Source of the DNA: Dipteris shenzhenensis
Taxonomy: Eukaryota
DNA: 64,000 bases
Direction: 5' to 3' (one strand)
NCBI GenBank assembly: GCA_047967505.1
Contig: CM106538.1
This document shows, piece after piece, positions 54,074-64,000 of this stretch. Position 1 is the first letter of the stretch, and each line of letters starts with the position of its first letter. Made by a program: the position numbers and the translations under genes. A model generated the notes under the pieces. It did not search any database and was not told where the DNA came from. It saw only the letters and a list, made by a program, of their open reading frames with translations.

Positions 54074-57000
54074 AAACCAGCCCGGGGGGTGAAATTGTTT
54101 TGTTTTCCCGTAGGTTTACTACTTTAATTAGACCACATTTTTGCGCGTACTATGTTTTGTAGTGTTTTGTATTGTTTTAGTAGTGCAAAAAGGGGGCTCA
54201 CTGAACTGTTGTTCCATTTAAAAAGGGGCTCACTGTACTGTTGTTCCCGCGGGAGTTGTATCTCAAGTTTATGGATCGAAATCCTGACATTTCAATTGGG
54301 TAGAGGAGCTTTGAGCATTGTAAGCCTTGGTACGTCAAGAAACTCAAAGATAGGAATGTTTGTTGTTGCAAAACACATAGAGCAAAGTCGATCGGACAGA
54401 AGATCCCAGTTTTGTATGCTTGGCTATCTCTACCTGCGAGCTGCACCAGCCCCCCTACCCTCTCCCCCGCGCTGCCTGTGGTAGCTCCTGCTCTTGCTCC
54501 GGCTTAGTACCCGCGACCTTGAAAGGGATGTTGTGCACCCGCGACCCCTTCATGAGATTCGTCGCCACAACCGTACGTGTTGCCACCACCATACAAGCGC
54601 CAAGCAGCCGGGGGCTACATGCCTGCGTGCAGGCGTCCTCTCAAGCCCGTGGCCTAGCTCCCTGGCGCGCGACCCGTGACCTTGAGCAGCATCTCCATCA
54701 GCACTAGTAGCTCGGTACTTATCCCGAATAACAAAGCTGCCCTCAGCTCTCTAGGGGCTAGTCCACGTTCAAGTCTCCAAGTGCCACTTAGCTCGATGTG
54801 AAGCAACCTTGAGCACACAACACACCCACAGCTCGTTGTGGATCATCCAGTCCTCCCTTTGGCGTTCTTCGACCTCAAACTCCACCTTCATCAACCAAAG
54901 GAGGCACCTCCCGCTTGTGTGTATAGTTTTTTGGTCTAGGGACTGGCATTGTACTTCATTTCCTTCCCCCAGTAGCTTGACCAGCCCCCTCAAGAAGGAG
55001 ATTTGAAGCTGCTCCCAAGCTCGTGGAAAGCTTCTTTGTGGCTTCTTTGTGGCTAGCTCTTCCTCGAGGCAGCTTACTTGTACAGTTCATTTTTCCTCGA
55101 GGCAGCTTTGGGGTCCTTATTTAGCCGGCTTCTTCTTCCTCTCCCAGGCGCTCTTTGCTTTTCTCTTCCTCTCCTTCCCTTCCCGCCTTTTGCAAGTGTT
55201 GCAGCTTTTTGCTTATTGCTAGTGACTTAGACATTGGTGGCGACCTTTGGTTTGGCCAGAGAGTCTCTATGGCAGCACCCACGCCTCCCCCAACTGTCAA
55301 AGTTCTTCCATCACCAACGGATAAGCAACAGGTACAGCCAGCAGTGAATCTCTTACAGGCCAAGGCTGTTATAGGCAGGATAGTAGGCCTCACTATCTCG
55401 AGGAGATTGGATCCAAGCCAGCCTAGCACTAGATGGTGACCACATTCGGAAGGTCGCTATCTATGGACGCGGTGTCTTCCTCCTACAGCTAGGCACCTCG
55501 GATACCGCTCAGACTCTTGTTGAGCATAGCCCTATCCTCCTCGGATCCCATTTTGTTTACCTCATCCCTTGGTATCATGGCTTCACGGTAAAGGACATGG
55601 ACTCAACTCACCATGTTCCCCGCTTCCCACTGACGCTCCAATTCCCGAAACTTCCGAGGGAATACATGTCCATCCTTTCTTCCATTGGATGAGCGTTTGG
55701 CACAGTTTTGGAGTACCCAACAAAGTCGGAGGCGGCAGTGGTGGAAGATGATGGGGTTGCTCGACTTAGATTCGTGGTAGAGAGCCCGAATACCCTCCCA
55801 GACGTGATTCTCTTGGAGACTTTGCAGGAGGGTACTCTTCGTCAGCTGATGGAGGTCTCAAGCTTACCAAGCCAGTGTTTGAGACGTAGACAGATGGGGC
55901 ACTTAGCTCGAGATTGCACACAAGGCAAGCACCGGACTCATCCCTCCCCCCAAGAGACACAGGGACAGCGTAGCGATATAAGAGAGGAGGGGACTCGGAG
56001 CCCGCCTAGGCGGACGCAGCAAGAGTCTCAGAGACAGCAGCCAGAGTCTCAAACCCCTGGGTAGAACCTTCGGAGGGTAGATGGACTACGGTGGGGAAAA
56101 AGAAAAGGAGCAAGTGGGCCAAAAAGAATCAATGACATCGTGCCAACCGTAGGAGGCGAGCACAGATAGCTACGCAGTCACAGGGAGATCCGATTGGAGG
56201 CATAAAGGTATCACGTGATCCGGAGAGGGAGACATCGACCTCAGGACTTCCCTCGGGCCTCTCCGAAGGAGAGATTGCTCGTCCACCACAGTACCCCCAC
56301 CGCAGCCAGAGCCAGTGCCAGAGACTCCCAGAGCACCAGGGCCCACAGCCTCGCGGGCCCACCCCCCTCCGAGCTTTGAGGAGGAGCCTCAGAGGACACA
56401 GGCGCCTCCACTGCAGCACCTTTTCAGGGGACAATAGCAGACTCCACAGAGCCTTCTTCTCCCCCTCCCGTGGACCTGCCAGCCTCCTCTTTGTAGCCCA
56501 CTCCAGTGCCTCCCCCTCTCGAGCTGCCTCGGCCTGCTCCTTCCCCAGTGATTACCCTTACTAGCCACCCTTCTCCGCCAACCCCCTCCCCTTCACCTCA
56601 ATTAGCTGCAGCCTCTTCCTCGAGCACCTCGTCAGGCGCACCAGCTAACCCCGTTGTCGCGAGCACAGCAAAGGCCAAGGCTCCCACATTGACCTCTCCT
56701 CAGCAACAAGTTCCACACTCTGGGGTCATGTTGATGCGTGCTAGGAGACCGCTGCCGCTTGAGTTCTGGTGGTTGGGACCTTGGAACTATTTCAAGATTC
56801 CAGATCGTTACCCCATGCCCTTGGAGTTGACCATTCTGGTCCTGCAGCCCCGTAAAGGGGGGATCAGTGCAGTAGGATCATGCACCCACCCAGTTTGGAT
56901 CCTCCATTTTGCCTCCATAGGGGTGGAGAAGTGGACACCATAGCTCTTCAACGCGATGATGGAGCACCAGACATACCAAATGATGGATACGTGGATGGGC

Positions 57001-59672
57001 CCTCAGGGCATGGACCTCTGGCTCACTCACGGAGGTTCTGCATAGTTCCATATTGGCTTCCCTCCAGCGAAGCCAACGTCAGGCCTGGCTGTAGCAGTGA
57101 TCCGCCTGCCAACGGAGACGGCTCTCTCACAACCTCACTACTAGACCCTTCACCAGTGCACTGACCTCTTCAACGTAGATGTCTCCTTCAAGCAGTACTG
57201 GGCACACAAGGTTGGGCACACAAGGTAGGGATCGAGCCAATGGCGACGTTCCGTCCGCACACGGACACAAATTACTCTCCCTCCAAATCTCCGACAAAGT
57301 CGTTGAAGTTAGGTTTCTTAGAGCAGGCTCCCACGCACAGGCAAGCCTTGTTCACTGCCGCCTCTTCCCCATGGGTTTGACCATGGTGAGCTGGAATGCA
57401 CATGGCCTTCATGATCGTGCGCGCAGTCAGCCGCAATATCTGATTCTCCGTCAGGAACTGCAACGGGCTCTAGTAGATGGACCAATTGACTTTCTCTTGA
57501 TTCAAGAACACATGTTTTTCGCAGTAGGACATCTCCCTGGAAGGGGTCCAGAGGCTTGGTCCCCAACAGCCGGCAAGAGCGGAGGGGTCTGCATCTCAAC
57601 ATCCCAGACGGTAGCCGCAAACATTTTTACACAAGGCGAGCTCATTCCCAGCCACGCGGTGTGGATGGGCATCCAAGTGGGAGAGGCTTAGAAAGGTGTC
57701 TTGAGCGCGTACACACCCGCTTACAGATAGCACCACCTGGCTTTCTCGCGACAACTCACGGATTGCCTCCAAGAGGTGGACTCATGGATTGTTGGAGGGG
57801 ACTTCAATAATCTTGAGTTCCTGGAGGACAAGTAGGGAGGAGCCTCTTTTGCAGAGATGCCATCAGGGGAGAGGAGTACTTGGGAGCAGTTCATATTTGC
57901 GATCCACGGCCGCCGGGACCCTTGGCGGGAGCCTGAGTTTTCTAGGACCCTGGGCAACCTACGCTACTCCTTCGACCAACAGAGGCAGGATGGGCTATTG
58001 GAGCAAGCACCATGATGTCCAACCATTCTCCAGTGGTTTTGCATGTAGAGCAGCCCCGTCGCAAGTCTCCAAAAAGGGGTTCGTATATCATATGTTCTCT
58101 TCCCAGAGGTGGATGTTCAATAGTTGATAGCAGATCTCTGGAGAGAGCAAACCCGAGGAGGGATGGGCGGCTTGGGTGGCTGAGAGGATTCAGCGTAGCA
58201 ATCGGGAGCTCCAGATTCAAGCACCCTCAGACGGAGAGCGGCTCTTCAAAAGCGGGAGAGAGCCCTTTGTAGAGACCTTGCATCTATCGAGAGACTCAAG
58301 GAGCAAGATCCGGGATCCCAATGGCTAAGGGATCGCTCGGAGTGTGCACACTTGGAGCTACAAGATTTGGAGGTTCATAGAGCAGAGTTCTCATACCATT
58401 CTTTTCAGGCCAAGTGGGTCTAGCTGGGAGATAGGATGACCCATCAGTTCTTCCAGGCCGCTAGACCACGGTCCACAGGAGCCCAACTTCAACAGCTTCG
58501 AGTCCCTTAGGGACACAAGCGCTCGGACCCGCAGGAGATCCTTGAGTTGACTACAACCTTCTACAGTTAGCTTTTTCAATCAAAGGAGGTATCGCCCACC
58601 ACCATCCTGGCTAGAGAGGCAGTATCGGAGTAGGTTTCTTTAGCAGTTTCGCAGGGCCTTAACAGACGGCTAGAAGCTCCTTTCACGGATGATGAGTTGT
58701 GGGAGGCGCTTCCAGCCCAGAAGTGCCCTGGCGAGGATGGCCTAACCCCGACCTTTTTTCGATGCTTCTGGGAGCATGTTTCCACCCCTTTCAGACTAGC
58801 CCGTCAGGAGATCTTCAACTCAGGAGCACTCCCACACTCCTTGAGCAAAGGTTGGATATGCTTGCTTCGAAGGGGGGCGTTAGATCAAACATTCGACAGT
58901 GAAGGCCGATTATCCTTCTGGCACAACTTAAAAGATCTTGGCTAAGGTCTTGAGTCTACGTCAGAGATCCCATCTCCCAAATATCATTCGCAAGACGCAG
59001 ACCGGTTCTGTCCAAGAGGAAGCATCCTGGATAACATCTTCTCCTTCAGGGAGGCAGTGGACTAGGCCAGAGAGGAGGAGTAACCACTTGCCGTTTCCCC
59101 TTCTCGATTTCAAGAAGGCATATGCTATGCGGGCAGCTCCAACCAAATGATTATTGGGGGCCACACAGGCGAGGCCTTCCCTCTCTCCCGCTCATTGAGG
59201 CAGGGCTGCCCGTTGGCCGCTTATCTTTTCATTTTTGTTGCAGAGGCCATAGGTTACTTTCTGCGCTCCCAGGCTCTTGGTTTTACAGGGATCCGGCTTC
59301 CAATCAGATAGGAGGAGGAGCTCCTTGACTCCGAGTTCACAGATGACATAGCGCTCTATGTAAAGGGCTCTGCGGCCAACTTGGAGAGGATCAGAGGGGT
59401 CTTAGCCATTTATTGTGAGGCTTTCGGAGCTCGCATAAATTGGACCAAATCCATTGGTTTCTTCACAGGCTCGGAGGTCATTCAAGAGGTTCAAGATTGG
59501 GGAGCTGATTTTCGCTTTCGTTGGATCCTGAGAGGAGTGACGGCACGTTGCCTGGGCCTACCAGGTAGGCATTGACATCTCGGCAGAACAACACTTTAGC
59601 CGTAAGCAGAAGCTCTTATATTAGAGGTTTGTCAAACTCTCGCTTGCGGGTCGTGCACTAGTGGTGAACCAG

Positions 59673-61457
59673 GTAAGAATGGCACTAGTGCGGTGGCATT
59701 AGATCCATTCTCCAAAATAAGTGAGGAAACAAAGTTGAAACTTGAAATAAAAAATATATTTTAAAATTTCACGAACAGATATAGCAATAAAAAAATAGGA
59801 ATACTTACATCCCGATTTTGGCGATCTGCATGACCTTTCACAAGTCTTGGGGCTGGCTTATTTGGTTGCCCAAATGCAGTCCATTGGGACTCCAAATGTT
59901 GCAAGATATCAATATATGGCTGGTTCTTTAGGACTGTTTGAGCCTCCATGTTAGCCATCAATGATATCTTGCAGCTCACACCAACCGGAGCAGCATTGAC
60001 AACAATCTGTGAATTCCTCCTTGTATAGAAGCTCTTTCTTACATCAAACACTTCTCCTTGCGGTGTAGTTTCTATGAAAAATTTTGTTGCAAGTATTGAG
60101 TGCCGCCGGGTAGCAAGAATCCAATAATTACATTCCTCAATATTCTCTACCTCATCCTTGTGCATTAGAGTGTTTGAGTGCATGTGGAATGGCATGAGAC
60201 ATGCCCATGTTGCTGGGTGTTTTGACATAGTAGCAAATCCGTGGACCAATTCATTTACATAGGAAAGAGTGAAGGTTCTATACACATATTGGCTTGGTGC
60301 TTTATGGCAATTCACAACTGGACTCGACACCTTGAACTCAGGCCCAAATTGGAAGTACTCTGCATAATCCATAAATCGTGACAAGCTAGTGCTCTTCTTC
60401 TCAAATTTTTCAATTTTCTCTTGAATTGCTTTATAATCAATATTCTTCAAAGCTTTCTCGTGTGACACTATTCTATTTTCTATTCTAGACACATTTCCAT
60501 AAATCGTGACAAGCTAGTGCTCTTCTTCTCAAATTTTTCAATTTTCTCTTGAATTGCTTTATAATCAATATTCTTCAAAGCTTTCTCGTGTGACACTATT
60601 CTATTTTCTATTCTAGACACATTTCTCTGGACTAGCTTGTCACGATTTATGGTCCCAGAGAAATGTGTCTAGAATAGAAAATAGAATAGTGTCACACGAG
60701 AAAGCTTTGAAGAATATTGATTATAAAGCAATTCAAGAGAAAATTGAAAAATTTGAGAAGAAGAGCACTAGCTTGTCACGATTTATGGATTATGCAGAGT
60801 ACTTCCAATTTGGGCCTGAGTTCAAGGTGTCGAGTCCACTTGTGAATTGCCATAAAGCACCAAGCCAATATGTGTATAGAACCTTCACTCTTTCCTATGT
60901 AAATGAATTGGTCCACGGATTTGCTACTATGTCAAAACACCCAGCAACATGCGCATGTCTCATGCCATTCCACATGCACTAGAGAAGAAAATAATGTAGG
61001 AATGTAATTATTGGATTCTTGCTAGCCAACACTCAATACTTGCAGCAAAATTTTTCGAAGAAACTACACCACAAGGAGAAGTGTTTGATGTAAGGAAGAG
61101 ATTCTATACAAGGAGGAATTCACAGATTGTTGTCAATGCTCCGATCGGTGTGAGCTGCAAGGTATCATTGATGGCTAACATGGAGGCTCAAACAGTCCTA
61201 AAAAACCAGCCATATATTGATACCTTGCAACATTTGAAGTCCCAATGGACTGCATTTTGGGCAACCAAATAAGCCAGCCCCAAGACTTGTGAAAGGTCAT
61301 GCAGATCGCCAAAATAGGAATGTAAGTATTCCTACTTTTTTATTGCTATATTTGTTCATGAACTTTTCAAATATATTTTTTATTTCAAGTTTCAAGTTTG
61401 TTTCCTCACTTATTTTAAAGAATGGATCTAATGCCACCGCACTAGTGCCATTCTTAC
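59673..61457. repeat. Long inverted repeat (foldback) carrying two head-to-head copies of an unknown ORF fragment
   Basis: GTAAGAATGGCACTAG at 59673 is the reverse complement of CTAGTGCCATTCTTAC ending at 61457; ORFs 59761-60492(-) and 60665-60982(+) start with the same protein sequence. Confidence 0.97.
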
Positions 61458-61481
61458 TCTACTCTTGGCAGACTGTGATCT

Positions 61482-62443
61482 TGTCACCACAATGTAAATA
61501 TCCTGAGTCAAAGTACAGTTGACCATTTATCTGATCATAATTAAAGAGTTTTCATATGTGTTAATTACGGTTAAAGAGTTCTTTTAATTGGTCAAAGAAG
61601 TGACTACGGTCAAAGGTACTTGAATCTGATCAAGTAAGCCTGACTTCGGTCGGGGAGACTTGGTTTATTACCAAGAGGGTTAACTGCGGTTAACCAGAGA
61701 ACCACAAAGCTGACTACGATTAGAGAGTGTTGACTTCGGTCAACGAGACTTGGCATACGCCAAGAGGGTTAACTACGGTTAACCAAGATGTGCCAACTTC
61801 GGTTGGAGAGTTGTGCCAACTTCGGGTGGAGAGACTTGACTATAATTAAGGTGCCTCGACCCTTGGTCAAAGCCCCTTAATTATGATCAAGAGCGTTGAC
61901 TTCGGTCAATCAAAAAATAAATATATATTTTTATATTTGTTATGTGTGCACATGTGTTCAGTGGGGACGCCCACCGTGACTAGAATTAGTCCACAGTGTG
62001 TTATTTGGATGCAAAGCGCTAACAATTAATGGGTGCCATGGTGATGCGCTTTAATTAATTGTTGCAAGTACTAGGAAGAGTTATTTTCCTAAGCGCAATG
62101 GAGCCTAACAAGAGTCTAGGAGGCGGTTCGTGTGACCAAGTGCTTCGAAGAATCCAGAGTTGCCCTTAGTGGCATGTAATTAGGAAAGTAATGTAGAGTT
62201 TGACAAGTGGCTTGTTGCCAAGAAAGAGAGCCTAAGAGCTCATTTAATGATTCATTCACGTTTGGATTTTGTATGAACAACTTCCACGCTGAACTCATGT
62301 ACTCCATTTTTCTCTCTGATGAATAAAAACCTTCGAGGGGATCCAACCCGACGATTGTCCTGGGCCCTAGTGTATCTATTGAGAGAGGGAGAGAGCGAGA
62401 GCAAATGAGAGTGTCTTTGCTGTCTTTTACGAGGAAGTTTACA
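61482..62443 (+). mobile_element. Solo LTR related to chromovirus A
   Basis: TGTCACCACAATGT...TTTACA; perfect TSD GATCT; alignable with 27557-28526. Confidence 0.95.
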
Positions 62444-64000
62444 GATCTTGCCAGAGACGCAGGGGGGACTTGGCATTATTGACCCAAAGATGCAGAGCAA
62501 GGCCCTCTTGGGCCAACTGGTTGTGAGAGGCCTTACTCCGTGTGCGAAACCCTGGAAGTTGCTACTCCAGCGGGGGCTTCTTGGGAGCACACCTTGCACT
62601 AGGGGATAGTGGTAGCAGTCCTACAAGTGGATCTTCTCCGAGGCTCCGCTTATAGGGAAGCCTCCCCGTTGATGCGAGGTCTCTACACAGTGTGGCAAAG
62701 ACAGGAGGACTCATACGAACTAGGCCGTCTTGCAGAGAGGAGTTTGAGAGGCAGCCTCTCATCTGGTACCCAGATGTCAGAGACTTGGAGGGACGCATGC
62801 TGGGCAACAGACTCATATCGGATGGGCACAGTGGGATAGGGGACCAGCCAGATCCTTTGGGACTTGGAGACGACTTCCTAAAGAGACAGAGGCCCATAGT
62901 CACGCCCTCTCTTACCTCCGAGGAGCAGGTATCAAGATGTAGGAGATTGAGGAGGCGATCCCAGACTCCTGGTGGGAGCGACTTCGGAACCCTTGGACCC
63001 CCACTGCTGGTCAGATCAGTTCTTGCGAACAAGGGTACCGCTAGGGATACGCTTTTTTCGAGAGTCTCTTGGTTCCCCCCAGTCTCGGTTCTATCGAGTG
63101 GGACCAGAAGGCTCATTACAGAGATGGAGGAGGAGATAGAGGTGGACCTGGAGTGGGTCGCTTGGGCAGGATTTGGTACCTCGATCCCTCTAGACCCCAG
63201 AGGGAGCAGTATGGCGCCTTTGGATTTGGGAGGTTAGACTCTTATGTGACATTCAGTGGGACCCAGGAGAGTGGTTTTGGCACACCCGTATAGGACACTC
63301 GGACCGGATAGAGGTCTCCTTCTCATATACCACTCGCATCGGCCATCGTCTAAAACTGGAGGCAGCAACATAGCCCCCTTCGAGGGAGCGACACTCGCTA
63401 GAGCAAGATGTCCCAAGAGCGGTCATAGGCCGATTTTCACCCCGTATTTGGACAAGTTAGTGCCCGCGGAAGATCCCTTACTTCTTCAAGCTGTTGGCGC
63501 AGGGTCTGCCCATCAACCCCTGGCTAGAGCAGATGCGGGTTGTAGGGAGGGAGTTTTGGAAACCATCCCGCACTATTTCTGAGGCTGCCACGCTGCACAG
63601 CGGATCTGGTTGACGACCCTCAGGATTGTTGCTAGCATACAAATGATGAGCAAGGATTTCACGTGGGGGATTGTGGCCTAGCTCACGGAGGGGGAGGCCA
63701 CGCCTTTGCGATCGACCCTGTCACGCCGGCTTACAGGATACATGGACAGCAGGTTTCCCAGATTGAGATCCATGATGCAGTTCAGCCCACCCGTTCACGC
63801 CTACCAGCTCTCCCGGAGGATGGTGTTTGGGAGACCGTCTCTAGCATCATTGCCTAGAACGTATGGGTGGTCAGATTCAGCAAGGTGATGGAGTGCCAGT
63901 CGATCCCTCCGACGGCTACTCTAGTAGCCATCTGGCAGGATATTATCTTCACATGCAGGCCATTTGGGAGCGCGGTACTCCAAGCTCGAGAGCGACTGTC

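Larger units (their letters stand above)
54080..64000 (+). mobile_element. Degenerate near full-length L1-clade LINE (ORF1 and ORF2), running off the window
   Basis: ORF1 remnants from about 55269 with a degenerate knuckle (GHLARDC); ORF2 endonuclease SWNAHGL (57371 onward), GGDFN; RT PGEDG, QGCPL, FTDD (about 59340); GGLG (about 62465); zf-RVT-like motif at about 63535-63590; many stops; 5' boundary approximate. Confidence 0.9.

Noticed and set aside
59673-59678. AG/GTAAG at the foldback edge as evidence that the insert is a self-removing intron
   Set aside because: No matching AG acceptor restores the LINE frame at the other end, and LINE sequence appears to be missing.

Overview
This is eukaryotic land-plant genomic DNA; very long TE-filled introns and chromovirus-rich repeats suggest a fern-like genome (inference). 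The only host gene is a minus-strand LCB1 (serine palmitoyltransferase subunit 1). I reconstructed 11 phase-consistent coding exons from 51636 to 4704: 1.5 kb of CDS spread over about 47 kb. It has one GC-AG intron and an unresolved in-frame TAG at codon 20. Its two giant introns (16.9 and 20.9 kb) each hold a three-level nest, Copia > hAT > chromovirus and Gypsy > hAT > chromovirus, most layers bounded by recognisable target-site duplications (TSDs). Upstream of the gene are a Copia-type LTR with a duplicated promoter region and a degenerate L1 LINE. The LINE is interrupted by a solo LTR and by a 1.8-kb foldback palindrome built from an unidentified, possibly ParB-like, gene fragment. The most unusual items are this palindrome, the LCB1 start/stop puzzle, an intact extra ORF upstream of gag in a young chromovirus, and a micro-inversion across a TE junction. 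All calls were made by eye, with no database searches.
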